In this document: positions 22,003 through 36,350 of the stretch, one piece after another
How the letters are laid out: each line of letters starts with the position of its first letter
Position numbering within the stretch: the first letter of the stretch is position 1
NCBI RefSeq assembly: GCF_036321535.1
Contig: NC_087436.1
Location: forward strand, 98,024,001-98,088,000
DNA from: Camelus dromedarius
Taxonomy: Eukaryota
Reading direction: 5' to 3'
Length of the DNA stretch: 64,000 bases
The notes under the pieces: generated by a model
Told to the model about the DNA's origin: nothing
The model's database searches: none
What the model saw: the letters and a program-made list of their open reading frames with translations, nothing else
Program-made: the position numbers and the translations under genes

Positions 22003-25000
22003 CAATTGGTAGGTCTTCTACCAAGATTATAACATAACAAATACTAGCTAACAGGGTATATTATGTGCTCATGACATCCTACTTATATGTTAAAATGATT
22101 AAGAAAATTTTAAAGAGAAGTTTTACAACAGCAAGACACACACATTTTGCTTTTCAACACTGGTGATACGTAATCACTAAAATATGTTACCACTCCCATT
22201 GGTCTGATACTGGAAGTCCTATTTACATACTTTCCATATAATTATCTGTGACTGGGAAAGTAACCTACTCCAAAACAGATACACTTGTTCCTGTTCATAG
22301 AGGCAACAGCCCACGGCATGTTGATTAAAGCCACAAATATGCTAGTATTATCTTTAGTAGACTTTCAATGTTATATAGTATAATCATAATGGAAAGCCAT
22401 GCTTAAGCAACCTTGTCTTGTATTTTATAAAGTAAACAACCAAAATTAAATTTAAATGGAATGTCTCATAAATTACTAAGCTTCTATTTTGAGGCACTTA
22501 CAGCTCTGATTCATTTGAAGATGAGCAAAATAAACTCTTTGTCCATTGGAGTGGGGCTATGCCTATGGAATTAATATAAGTAAGTTATTGAGGATCTAAA
22601 CCTGCTGTATTGAAAAATACTAGCACATGTCTAGAGAGAAAGGACTTCCCTATACTGCATAATTTTTGGATGGTGGGAGGTTTTACTCATTTTTATTTTA
22701 GTAATTTTTGAATGAGCAATATATTATGAGGTGATATAGCTCATTCTAACTTCACTGAAATATATTTTTCTAGAAAGAAAAAAAATGTTATAATGACCCC
22801 CAAATTAGAGGAATTTACAGTTGGCAAAGAGACAACTGCATTCTATTTATTCAATGTTTAGTCTGTACTATAGCCCAGGCAACAGGCTCTGTGCATTAAC
22901 ATATTTTTAAAACTTGATCCTGACCAAGTATACATTGCTTAAATATGTATACCTATATTAGAAGTAGACAAAAATTATACTGTCTATAATCCCTACAATG
23001 CATCAGTTTCCAGAAAGTGAATGCACTGTACTATAAAAAATAGGACACACAGTATTTTACCTCTCAAAAGAAATTATGGTTCAGAAGACTTAAGCAAAAA
23101 GGAAAATGACAAAGTCAGAGTGAAAAAGAAGTTTTAAAAATGATGTGTTTTTCTTTTCTTTTTTTTTTTCTTCAGTGTAGATTCATTCTGAATCAAGGCA
23201 GCAGCACTTCAAAGGCTTTTCATAAGTGATGTCAAGTAAGGTCAATTGAATTGAAGCTGCCAGGTTCAAGAGAGATATTGAAGGTATCAGGACCCTAAGG
23301 ACACTAGAAACTTCACTAGTTTCAAATTAATTTAAAGTATATTAACATCAAACACTGGCAAATGCAGGTTAGTGATGGCATTAGATGAACACTTTGGGGC
23401 TACTATTCTTAGCTTTCCTTTTGAGTTGTTAGTTGTCACTGAAAAGCTATGTAGACCCTGTACAAATGTATCTTCTTACTTCCAGGGAGCCAGATACTAT
23501 TTATTTTAGAAACTAAATTCTGGAATGACTGGTGGTGGTTTAGTTACTCTGTTTCAGCTGTATTTGCTTCTGTGAAAATTTATCTACAAACTGATGCATC
23601 AGCACAGAGGGTAAAGATTGTGTATGTTTGGGCTGCTCCAAAATTCCAGTAAATTTATAACAAAATGACTCAAATCTCCCTGTTGCATTATTAGTGGAAA
23701 TATCTTTTTTATAACCATTTGCTCTTATGCAATAGGAGGAATGTAATTACAGATCTGCTTCTTCATTCCTCAATCTGAAAATTCGGATAGAAGTGACTTT
23801 AGAAACTGTTTTGAGTGAAATTCTTGTGCTAGAATATACAAGCCATATCACACAGAAGAAAAGGCATAACTGAATGAATATTTGCAACTAGGAGATTTTT
23901 TTTTTTAATGGAGGAAAGAGACTGAGTCTTAAGTGAGACTTTAAAAAGTGTTTTGTCACCTTGCCTTTCCTATACCTTCACCCCATTGGGAACAGCATTC
24001 TCTGAACATTTAACCAGGTATTTGGAAGTGTTTCTTAGACTTATGTTCACATATTTCACAAAATCCAATAAGCAAAAGAATAGTGAACACACGTTGTGGG
24101 ATAAACTTTAGAATAATAGTTCTCATTGGCCCTGCATTAGCTGATCAAAGATTTGAAAGTTTCTACCTGAAGGCCATGCAAATGACTGGGAAATCTTTTA
24201 AATAGCCTCTCTTTCTTCGTCAAATAATTGAAATTTTCTACATCTAGCTACTTCAGAACTCATAAGCTACTATTCCAAGGAATTATTATTGCTTTTCATT
24301 AGATTGAATTTTTATCAAACAAAATTGCAGGTAGTAGATTTATCTCCAAAAAAGTCAATATAGAGCAAGGAGTCATGAAAAATAATAGACAGAATAATTT
24401 ATCTAAATTGTATTACTTTATTTCTGGATTTTATTTCATAGGTGTTGGCCCACTTTTAACTTGATACCATGGTTATTAGCAACTTAGCTGTCTTGAAATT
24501 TCCCCTAACATTTAGTTTAGTTTGAATTGAAACAAGTATATTTCCTTTCAAACTTTAATTCCAACTATCCATCAAATATTTTATTAAAATATGTAATTAA
24601 AATTTAAAGTTGAAGGTGTGTAACCATATTTAGGAACAAGTACAAACAACATTCAGTAAGCCTTCAAATCAGTTGGTGGGAGCAGCTCAGAGCATGGTGA
24701 AAAGAATTATTTTTGCTGAGGTAAGGGAGGCGGGTGCTGGTGCATGTTAAGTGCAGTTTAAGAGAATCTATACAAATCATCAATCTTATTCCAAAATATG
24801 ATCTCCTTTGTACTCTGTTGTTCCTCTGTGGAATTTATAGTATCGTCAAATCAAGAAATCATCTAATCCAATATTTTGTTAAATGCACTTTGTACACATT
24901 TTTAAAATTCCTTCTCTAAAGCAATTTAAAATGTGCATGAAGACAAAAGAAATGAATACCTGAAGCCTAAACCACATTTTGTACAAATTCTAATATTTTT

Positions 25001-25099
25001 TCCCAGAGATTATTTCTGAAAAATACATTTTAAAGGCCATTAATAAAAATTTACAATATTTCACTTCATTAAAAAAAAAAAAAAAAAACAGAAACACAG

Positions 25100-27430
25100 A
25101 GACATCAATGAAAGAAAAGAGTTAAGAGAGAATTCAGTTAAGACCGAATATGTTACTTCTTTCAGAAGTAGAGACAAATTGGAAGAGGGGCTTGAAAATG
25201 TAATTGTAAAAAGAAATAAAACACTGGTATACTTTAAGTTTAACTTTGATGAAATATAAAATCATATATATATAAATATAAAACACAAAATAAGTCAAGT
25301 AGATAGAATAAAACATAAAATTTCAACAAGCGAGCCAAATAGAAAACAAAGGGTAAGACAGTAGATTTAAATACAAATATACGAGAAAATTACAATAAAT
25401 ATGAACAAGAATATCTACTCTAATGAAAATCCAAATATAAGATGAAATTTAAAAGTTAAAGCTATCTATATAGAAGTTCACAGGAAATATAATCAAAATA
25501 CAAGACAGAAAATTTTGAAATCAAAAGATTTCACCATGCAATCAACAACCAATATAAATCTAGAAGAATTATTATAATATTGGTGAGAGTAAGTTTAAAG
25601 AAACACTACTAAGAATAAAGGAATGTCTCATAATGACAATGGAATCAATCTCTTAGGAAGATATCATCTCACATATATTTAAATGTAACCAATAATATTA
25701 CTCCAAAATGTATTAATGAAATTAACAGCATTAAAGGAAGACAGTAGGGGGTTTAAAAACAAATGTCTTAATAGATGATTTAGAAAAGAAGAAGAAAAAA
25801 CTCAATTTGATACAGAAGAGCTGGAAATAAAAAGTGACAAACGACTTATTTGACATATACAGAACATGGCACCTAACAATAACAAAATTTAAAAAATGTT
25901 AAGGTAATATTGAAAATTGACCTTATTCTGAGCCATGAAAAAGATTCAATAAATTTCAAAGGATTAAAACCTTTCAAAGTATATTTTCTGGTCAGTAGAA
26001 TTAAACTGTAAAACAGCAACTAAACCATAATGAGAAAATCCAAGAATGGCTAAAACTTAAGGAAACTCAAATAAGAAAAAATTTTGAACTTAATAATTAT
26101 GATGATGTGACCCATATATGTATTGCATTTGAAATACTGCTTAGAAGAAATGTGATAGTCTTAAATGCATGTATTAGAAGAGAATGAAGGTTGAAAATAA
26201 GTTATATAAGTTACTATCTTAAAAAGCAAGAAAATGTAAAGCAAAGTAAAAAAAACAAATAGAAGAAACTAACGAAGATAAAAACAAACATATATAAAAT
26301 AGAAAATACAGAACAGAGAAAATCAACAAAGACAAAAAATTGATTTTTTGAAACTATGAAGACAATTTTTTAAGTCCTAGCTACTACACTGATGAAAGAG
26401 AGAGAGAGAATAAACTTCTAAAATTGATGACTAAGTCAGGGGAATTACTATAGATCAAGAAGATATTACATATTATTGACAATAAAAGAAATAATTTTAT
26501 AGCCATAAACTTGACAATTTTGATTAAATGAGTGTTTTTTATTAAAAAATGCAACTTTAAAATGAGAGTAATAGATAATCTGAAATATATAATATCTATT
26601 TAAATAATTTAATGTTATAACTCATTTTAAAAATAAAATCCTAGGCCTCTATGGACTGGTTAATTGTCCCCAGAAATATATGGAAATAGTAATACAAAAA
26701 TACCACATACTCTGTCAAAAACAAACAAAAAAAAATCAAAAAAGTGAATGCTTCAAAACACATGTAATAAAGGATTAAAATCCTGCAACCTAAAAATGAT
26801 AAGAACATTACAGTAAAGAAAACTACAGACACAACACTGTCATGAAATAGAATAAAATATTAGCAAATAAAACTCATCAATAGAAAACGGTGTTTATCCC
26901 AGAACTGTAAGTGCTAACGTGGCAATCTATAATTCATCTATACAAGATGTCTATAGAGTGAAAAAACTAAGTATTTGACAAAATTAAACATCATCATGAT
27001 TGGAATTTCTATTTAATTTGGAAGACAGAGGTTTCTCAATCAGATAGAAATACTAACAGAAAACCTACAGGAAAAAGAGTAAAATATTTAAAGCTTCCCC
27101 CTAAAGTCTAGAATTATCACACTCAGCATTTCATTTGAGGTCCTAGAAAAGCACATGAAAAAAATCATTATTTGAAGAAATCACGTCAGTTAGCATAGTA
27201 AATTCAACAAAATCTACAGAAAAACTGTAAGAATTAATAATTCTAAACAGTAAGATCCCTGGATATGTGGAAATACATACTTAATTTAATGTATGCATTA
27301 ATCTACATATAACAAAATATGTTGCCTGTGTGTATCCACATATGTATGTGGTGATGTATTTGCCAGCAACAAAGACATTAGAAATAAAAATTTTAAATAT
27401 ACCATTCACCACAGCACCAAAATCATGTTT
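25100..27430 (+). mobile_element. Highly diverged L1ME-like LINE (ORF2 region)
   Basis: A-rich strand with recognisable ORF2 remnants (gagaaaatcaacaaagacaaaaaattgattttttgaaa; aaagcttccccctaaagtctagaa). Confidence 0.75.
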
Positions 27431-27994
27431 TAAAACCACAACACATTTTCTCTGATACTCCAGAGTAACTCATATTCTGCTGAAAATGCGTTATTACTTG
27501 GCCACATGACAGCTGAAATGAATATCCTACATACATTTACTGCATAGAGAAATGGAGTTAGTCTCAAATGACCAATTAGAAACATTTAACCACAATATGA
27601 AACATTAGACTCTTGCTCCTGCATCAGTAAGTTGTGGTTGATACACGTTCTGATACGTGAAGTAATCACACTCATTTCAATTAAGAGGAGAGATTCTTCT
27701 ATTCCTAGCCCACGTTTATATCAACCTATAAACCTTTTTGCATTGGAAAAGCTTGATCTTAAATGATGTGTATATTCTATTCTAAGGATTTCATTTAAAA
27801 TCAGCAGATCTATCATTTTGACTCCTCTGTATTAAAATACATATTTGCAAATAAAAAGCACACATTTTCATAAACTGATAATCACTGAGTGTTACCCTTT
27901 ATGACAGGTTCTGTTTTTTACATGCCATGAGAATAAAGATATTTATGTAATTTTCCAATAAAATAATTGTACCCAAGACAGGTATCAATTATGC

Positions 27995-30900
27995 ATTTAA
28001 AGTGCAGAAGCCTCCTTCCCTCCGGAACTAAGACCCCCTAGGTCAGTAAACCACAGGATTCAGGAACAGGAAGCACATTTTTACCAGTGAACCCTTAGGA
28101 TTAAGCATGAATGTTGCCACTCCCATTCCTGCCCTTGGTTTCTGGACCCATGACTTGTAGCTATACTGATTTAGAGCATACATAGCACCTGCGAGGACCC
28201 TGCCCCAGCCCTGAAAGATACTGCTATCCACTTGGTGGTGTAACTGAATCTTCAAAAGCTGTTACACCATTATACTGACTCAGCTGCTTCAGAAAGGCAG
28301 GGGACGTGGTAAGACCAGCACATTCCATGAGTCTGGGCCCACTGTGACACTCTTCACTGTGAATTGAATTCCGTGATCAGAAGCAATGTTGTGCAGAATA
28401 CCATGACAGTGGATAAAGCATTTGATAAGGTGGTAGTTTTATAGGAAGGGGAAGAAAGTACACATCCAGAGTAAGTGTCTATTTCAGCAAGAACAAAGTG
28501 CTGTCACTTCCATAATGGAAGTAGTTCAATGTAATCAACTTGCCACCTGGTAGCTGGCTGATAAACCTTGGGAACAGTACCATATCAGGGACTCAGTGTC
28601 AATCTCTGCTGCTGGCAGACTGGTACTCAAAAGTGGCTGTAGTCAGGTTGGCCTTGATGAGTGAAGTCCCACGTTGCTAAATATGGGCATAACTCCCATC
28701 ACTTCCAGCATAACCACTTAGTTCATTAGCTCATTCAGCAATGGTAAGAGTGCCTAAGGAAAGAGACTGCTATCCACAGGACAGATCATCCTATCCACTT
28801 GATTATTAAAATCATTTTTCCTGGAGTCATCGTTCAGTGAGCATTCACCTGGGACACATGTATTTCACGTCCTCTGCCCACTCAGTGAGCTCCATCCATT
28901 TACCTTTTCTGCAGACCTCCTTGTTACTAATTTTCCAAATATATTTCTTCCAAGCCAAATAACTGGCCATAGCCCACACATCAGTACATAATTGCATGCC
29001 TGGCTTTCTACTTCCAAGCAAAATGAACATCTAGGAGTAATTCTTAGAGTTCTGCACATTGAGAGAATTTTCCCTTTCAACTGTTCTTTAGGAATGTTCC
29101 ATAAAGTGGCTGTAGAGCTGCAGCTGTCCATTTCCAGGTGGTGCCCACATTTCACATAAAAGCATTTGTAAACCAGGCCTGAGGTTTTTTTTTATTCTTT
29201 TCCATCAACTGGTTGTAGGGAACACCATATGAAGCCATAGCTGCAGACTGGGAGAGGGAAGATAGTGCAGCAGGAGTGAGGATGACAGGCATCCGAGCCA
29301 CTTCTTAATGTAAGTTACTTCTGTGATCTCATCTATACCCCTTCCATCTGATGAGGGGTGCTGGCGTATGCTCAACGTTATGCCCTGGTGGGTCAGATAA
29401 CACCCAGTTCTTGATAGGAGCTCAGGCTGGAAGAAAACTTGGTATCCAGGGATATGCCTTCAGTCTCTATTAAGGTCCCGTAAAAGGCGAAAAGCTGTTT
29501 CTCAAAAGAATAGTTATCTGTAGAGGATGACAGAGCTTTGCTCCCAAATCTTAAGGGCCTGTGCTACTATTTCCTCACAGTGGCCTGTCAAAGGCTCCGA
29601 ACAGCTTCCCTACCTGCCACTGACACTTCAGGCACCACTGGATCTGTTGGGTCCTACAACCAAAGTGGCAGAGAAGCTTGTGGGACAGCGCAGGCCTGTT
29701 ATAGAGCCTTATCTTGTTCTTGGCTCCACTCAAACCCAGCACATTTTTGGATCACTCAGTAAATAGACCAGAGTAACAGACCCAAATGAGGAACATGTAG
29801 TCTCCAAAATCCAGAGGCCCACTAGGTGTTATGCTTCCTTCTTGGCTGTAGTACAGACTTATGCTTCGTCTTAGAAGGGGTATCCCAATGTGCCCCAAAT
29901 CATTGGGCTACTCAGCATCTTACTGAGGTACAAAAATTCACTGAATTTATTCAGGTTTATTTCCTATCCTCTGACACAGAAATATTCTAAGGATAAGTCT
30001 ATAGTAGTTGCTGCTTCTCACTCACCAGGTCCAATCAGCATAAACGTTGTCAGTGGAATGGACCAGTGTGGTATCTTGCACAAGGGAAAGGCAGTCAAGA
30101 TCTGTGTGATCTAAATTGTGACAGAGAGCAGGAGAACTGATACACCCTTCAGGTGGGACAGTGGTACTGCTAGCCTAACCTTATGAAAACAAAATGCTTC
30201 TGATGGGCCTTACAGACAGAAATGGAGAACAAGGCATGTGCTAGAACAATAGCTACATACCAGCTACCAGGGGATGTGTTAATCTGCTCAAGCAATTAAA
30301 TCACATCTGCTATAACAGGTGCACTTAGAATCACCACCCAGTTAAGTTTATGATAATCGACTGCCATGCTCTAAGATCCATCTGTCTTCTTCACAGCCCA
30401 AGCAGGTGAGTTGAATGGGGATGTGGTCACCACTCCTGCATTCTTCGAGTCCTTGATGGTGACACTAATTTCTGAAATCCTTCCTGGAATGTGGCATTGC
30501 TTTTGGTTCACTATTTTTATAAGTAGAAGCAGTTCTAATGATTTCCATCGGGGCTTTCCCACCATAACAGCTCTCAACCCATAGGTCAGGGAACCAATGT
30601 GGGGATTGTGCCCATTGCTATTTATAGCTACTCCAAGATGCAATCCAGAACTGGGGAGATACCACAGGAGAGGTTCAGGAACCTACCAGCTCCACTGTGG
30701 GATGGTCCTGAGTTAAAATTCCACTGATTACTTGGTCGCAATTAGGCCCTACTCTGAATGGCGGACCACAGTGATGCTTTGGGTCTCCTGAAATTAGCCT
30801 CAGTCAGAGCCAATGTCTAATAATCTCTAAAAGTTCTAATTATTCCCTTTTCCCCAATGCACAGTCACCCTGATAAAAGTTCATAGGTCCCTTTGGGGAA

Positions 30901-32100
30901 TGGTGGGAGAAAGACTAATGGTATAAAGGCAGTATAGCAGAGTTCTTTTTCAAGGGCACTTAGCTTCCATTTTATTCAAGACATTTTAGTTCTACAAACT
31001 TGGTCAAGTCTGGGAATTTATTGAAGAATCATGACTTTCTTTTTTATGATTCAAGTTGGAATCTTGTTCCTTTGATGTAGAACTCTTCTTCTCATACAGT
31101 TCAAGTAAGAATTTAGTAGGCTTCCTCGTCTGTTTCACTCTTGGGAACACTATGATCAACTCGCCAACACCGCAGCACTCTGCAAGTCAGACTATTCAGG
31201 CTGCTGCAGTGACGCCATGGTTCATTATGGCAGTCATGCCTGTCTTGATTTTGGCAGTTGAGTGCTGCCACTTGGCTCCTGCTGTCCTGGGATCCAATTA
31301 CTCCATTTCATTTATGCTTCTCAATTCAGTTGCAGCAGTTTCCCCACGTAACTTGTGACGTACAAGAAGAGCAATCAGAGCTGAGGCTTTGTGACACTAA
31401 GGATTCCTTCACAAATTTATTTCTCAAAGTCATGGTAAAAGACATGTCCTCCAGACCCTCTCAGGGTGGATCACAAATAATGAATCCATTCTAACGTGAC
31501 AATCTTGCTGAGCCTTTGAATCCCTTCCTCTACAATTACCAAGGGAGGTCTGATGTTTTAACTTACTTACTGTGGGTCATCTTTTCGTGTTTGGTTCAGT
31601 CAACCAACCTATTCAGTCTAACAAAATGTTAGAGGTCTTTCTAACAACCCAAGCTACAACATTAAATCCAGAAACTCTGCTTAATGGGCTCATATTCCAT
31701 CTGATATAACTTTATGTTCCTTCCACTATTATCACCCCCCTGTAACATTCATTCCTATACATACTCCCTAGGTATCTATCTGTATAAATTGGATTTTTCC
31801 AATCCAGATGTTAGAAAAATAGTAGTTATTTTGGAATGCAGTGCCCATCCTCATGGGTCACACTGTATCTCACCTTTAGGAGCCTGCTTCTAGTTACTGG
31901 CCTAGAAGAAACGAAGAGTGATGGGGTTGGGTCCTGAGGAGAATAAACAGTATCTTAAGAAGCAAATATCTCAGAGGAGGCCATTAAAGTTTTCTTAAGT
32001 AAAGCAGGGTTAATACTCTCAGACAGGGGTGGTTTGTCTAATTCTATAGGTAAAGACAACTCATTGGAACTTAAGGTTTTAATGTCCTCAGCCAACTCTC
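27995..32100 (-). mobile_element. ERV-L internal region (gag-pro-pol), no LTRs, truncated near the dUTPase start
   Basis: ORF 30371-30643 HNPHIGSLTYG...IVNQKQCHIPG...TSPFNSPAWAVKKTDGS (ERV-L RT N-terminus); LVHSTDN (decayed YxDD, ~30045-30066); integrase C-terminal QGWGRVL...YALNQ in ORF 28043-28255. Confidence 0.9.
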
Positions 32101-32199
32101 AAACTGATGGGGTAAATATATGTTTATTCTGTATGCCATTAATGAATGATTTTTGTTTATCATGCAGCATTGTTGTGACAATTATTACTGATGACATAC

Positions 32200-33240
32200 G
32201 TAACTGACAAAATATTAAGTAATCAAGGATTTTAGAGGTTTATGTACCCATTACAAAGAAAAAAATGAAATAACCCCAGAAAAGAAAGTCTACTGGCCAA
32301 TAAACGAAAAAGGATGAGTGATATCTTTAAAAAGCAGAGGAATGCAAATTAACATTACACAGAGATGCTATTATGTATCTGTTTGATTGGTAAAAATGTA
32401 AAAGTCTGAAAACTATTGTGTATTAGCAAGAAAGTTCCAAGCAATGGGGACTCTCTTTATTACTGGGGAATGTGTAAATTGCTACAACTTTGGAAAAGAG
32501 CTATCTTTTATTTATTACCTAACAAGGTGAAAATCCATATACTCACTAATCAATTTTACTTCTAACTATAGATCCCTTGAATTTCTGTAGTTTTTTTAAA
32601 AACTCATCTTGTCAATTTACACTTTAAGAAACCTACTGAGATTTTGACTGGGGTTGCATTGCATGGATGGCTACATCTGGAGAGAACTGACATTTTTATA
32701 ATATTGAACTCTAATCCATACTGTATGTATTTCTATCTACTTATGTTTTTCTTTTATTTCTCTCAGAAATATTTCATTGATTTCACTATGGAAGTTATGT
32801 TTTGTTAAATTCATCCTTTAGTGTTTCATGTTTGGGGATACTATTACAAAGAGTGTTTTTAAATTTTTATATTCAAATGCTACATAATAGTGAATATATG
32901 TGTGTCAGTGGGTTTACACATACATACGTGTGTGTGTATATGTATATACATATACAGATACATAGACATATACAGTTTAGAGTACCCTAGCTCAATTGCT
33001 CAGAATTGGATAAATATACTCCTCAGTTCACGATACAATCTCACAAGCTCATCACTGACCCATGTATAGCATATATATTTCATGTGTATATATATGCATT
33101 TTAATAATACAATAAGTACCTGCTAATCTACCTCCCAAAACAAGACTTCACTGGCACTAAACTGTATCTAATCATATGGTCTCCTGTCTTCAAAATTCCA
33201 TACACTGCTTGCTCACAGTCGAGGCAACCTTCATCAGAAA
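32200..33240. mobile_element. Old L1 fragments in both orientations with a (CA/TA) microsatellite
   Basis: gaatgcaaattaacattacacagagatgc on +; gattttgactggggttgcattg...gagaactgacatttttataatattga on -. Confidence 0.6.
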
Positions 33241-33249
33241 GAGGTGGCT

Positions 33250-33986
33250 AAAGGTATGGAGAAGGTGAAGAGTTTGGGGGCAGGGGAAGGAGAGAGCGAG
33301 GAAGTTCATTTGATTTCTTAAGTTTAGAAACAGTCTGAGTCAACTTTCCATTTACATCTGGGAGGGATGTAATTTTCTCAGTGTTAAGTCTAGAGTCCTC
33401 TAGATACCAAGTAAAACATGTTTTCCACTGATTTTGTCTGGTTCTGATATTTTTTCTAGTTGTGTATGAAGACAGACTAATTTGGGAATTTTGAAAGCTC
33501 CTCACTTTGGCCAATACAAATTTAAATCATTCCAGGTTAAACGGACCCATTTAGATAAGTAGTTACAGTATGGGGGTTCATAGGTATTAAATATAAAGCT
33601 GGCAAAGGTTCCTGAGGAGGGTTACAATTTCATTGAAATTTTGCTATAAGAACTTTCCATTATTCTGAGAAGTCACCAAAAGCAGAAAAAATATCTGAAA
33701 CCCAAATCTCTCACCAAGTAGCAAAGACAGAAAATCTGAAATCTGAATCACAAGACAGAAAAGCCTTGAACCCAAATCTTGAGACAGAAAAATCTAAAAG
33801 AAATTCTCAACTAAAGACTTGAACCTCAACCAAATGGGAGGTTCGGATCCAGGAGCACTCACCCTGCAGGTCTGATGCAACTGGAGAGAAGGCGGGACAC
33901 AATGGGTTGGTGTAGGTACCATATGCAGAGTCTGAATAGGTGCTGGACTGCTGCGGGGAGTCACCCAGGTCCTGCCAACTGCGCCA
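33250..33986 (-). mobile_element. ERV1 5' leader with tRNA-Ser-like primer binding site
   Basis: Minus strand 33986-33969 reads TGGCGCAGTTGGCAGGAC versus tRNA-Ser PBS TGGCGTAGTCGGCAGGAT (15/18). Confidence 0.65.
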
Positions 33987-33989
33987 GCT

Positions 33990-34465
33990 ACTTTCACCAC
34001 AATTTCAGAAAGGAGACCTGACTGAAATAAAGAGGTGTTTACTGGGGATTGGTTAGGGCTGCAGCCCCAAAACACAGATTCAAGAAGTACTTAAACTGTG
34101 CTCCATCAGACAATAAAATAGGAGAAAAAAAGCTTATAAAGGCAAAAATTGCAAGGCCACAGTTTGTTACATAACTTATTTGTCAAGAATTATAATTGGA
34201 GCTGGCAAGAAGTAAGAGTTCTTGTCAAGCAAGGATTGGCTGGAGTCTGAAATGGTTGCATAGTTACAAGGGGGAAGCTTGAGACCACCAGGTTGCAGCT
34301 TGCAGATATTGTCCTGAATACAGCTGGTGGTGTATTTGGGTTTGGTACATTTTACAGAAAATCCAAGTTCTCAGTGGTGCAGGGACGTGTCTGAGACCAG
34401 ATCCACAATGTCAGCCTGATTCCATTTTTGGCTGCCTAAACTATGATCACTCCATTATAATTTCA
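33990..34465 (-). mobile_element. ERV1 (MER4-group-like) LTR
   Basis: Begins TGAAAT on - at 34465 and lies directly upstream of the PBS; acacagattcaagaagtacttaaactgtgctcc resembles MER4-group LTRs. Confidence 0.65.
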
Positions 34466-35094
34466 ATTTGTCATTAAGGTGCGCAGTTAGTAAGTCATGG
34501 GACTGAGAGCCAAATCCAGTTCCCTTATTTTAATTGCTACATTAAATATATGGTAGGAGGTGAGACTTCTATCTGCTTCCAGTTTTTCCTAAACAGTTAT
34601 GTAATTGTCTCAGAGACATGTATTGAGTAATTTTTCCTTAACCTTCTTATTTGTAATGTTTATTTTATTACTTCTAAGTTTTATATGTATGAGGCTCTGG
34701 TTTTAAGCTGTGTCTTCTGTAGTTTTATTAAATGTCTTAACAATTAGTATTCCAAGTTTCACTCATTAATCTCCCCATATATCAAGTCTTGACTCACCTG
34801 TTTATTCAGATAAATCTTTTTTGAGTCACTTGATTAAGTTAGAGAAAAAATGTATTTGGGATTTTGATCCCTACAGTAAATGCTGACATATTAAAATACT
34901 GAGTCTTTTCTGATTCAGAAGCATTGCAGATCCCTTTATTTATTCAAGTTTTTTTTTCTTTTATGAATCTGTAAATAAACTTCTAGTTTTCCTCAAACAT
35001 GTACTTCACACTTAAGAAACAGAGAAGAGCTGTTTGTTTTTCCATTTTTACTTTAAATTCATGTTGAATTATCAGTTTCAATAATATTTCACTC

Positions 35095-36350
35095 TCTATC
35101 TTTTCAATAGTATTTATTGAGTACCTACTATGTGCCAGCACTGTTCCACTGGAGACACAGTGATGACTAAGACAAAGTCCTGCCCTCATGGAGTTGACAT
35201 TCTAGCTGGGGAAACAAATATAAACAGAAAACATTCACTAAATCTCCATCAGGTGGTGGCAAGTACTATGAAGAAAAACAAAAATAAAGCAGGTGTAATG
35301 AGCTCCCAAAAGATAGACAAGTCTTAATCTCAGGAACCTGTGAATGTTAACTTTTATGGTCAAAAAAGCAGATGGAAAATCTTTAATGTGATTAAGGATT
35401 TTTGAAATGGGGAGATTATCCTGGATTATGTGAGCAAAAGGTAATAAATGCAATCAAGTGTATCCTTAAAAGAGGAAGGCAGATAGAGACTTTATATACA
35501 AACAAGAGCAGGTGATATGAAGACAGAACAGAGAGAGAAATGTAAAGATTCTGACCTGGAAGATCGGAGTGACGTGGCCATGAGCCCAGGAATGCTGGCA
35601 GCCACCAGAAGACACAGGAAACAAAAAATGGATTCTCCCCCAGAGCATCCAGAGTGTGATTCTGCTGACATCTTGATGTTGGTCTAGTGATACTGATTTT
35701 GGACTTCTGATCTCCAGAATTGTGAGAGAATAAATTTCTGTTGTTTCAAGCCACAAAGTTTGTGGAAATGAGTTACAGTAGTTACAGGAAACTCATATAG
35801 CAGAATATAAAGTTATATGGGGTAGGGCTCGGTGGCTCATTTAGATACTCTGGTCAAGGAAGACCTTGTTGCTTAAACATTAAGTCTAAAACTGGGAAGA
35901 CTGGATTGATGGAGACCAAGGTGGTGTGAGAAGATCAGCTACCATGGGAGAACCACCAAGAGATGATAACTGGGATTGAGGGGGATTAAGGAGTTGGCTA
36001 TGGAGCTGCTTAGAATCTGACAGATTTGAAGACACATTTAGGAGACAAAACCTACAGTGCTTCCCACCACTTTTAGCCAAAATGAGAGAGAGAGAGAATT
36101 AAGAAAGATGATCATTTCCCGTCTTGAGCAAAGAATGAAATAACTGTTCATGCCAACCATGAGACTTGGAGACATCATGAAGAGGCTCTATGAATTTTGA
36201 GGAAATCAGACTTGAAAACATTTAAGGTCTTAAGATGATTTTGAATAGTTTGAATAGAATTATTGAACAGTCATTTGGATTTATGAGTCTGAAAGCTCAC
36301 AAAAAAATGTCTATGCTGGAGATGCAAAATTTGGTCATCAAAACAATAAA
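35095..36350 (-). mobile_element. L2 LINE 3' region split by an MLT1 insertion
   Basis: tcaatagtatttattgagtacctactatgtgccagcactg...gtcctgccctcatggagttgacattctag is the L2a 3' end in antisense; continues after 35800. Confidence 0.8.
35294..35799 (+). mobile_element. MLT1D-like MaLR solo LTR
   Basis: ggaacctgtgaatgttaac...atggggagattatcctggattat...gagaataaatttctgttgtttcaagccac; flanked by GCAGG/GCAGA (4/5 target-site duplication). Confidence 0.9.

Noticed and set aside
23150..23245. Acceptor-like poly-T/CAG with downstream GTAAGG as a coding exon
   Set aside because: Stops in all three frames; the poly-T run alone explains the signal
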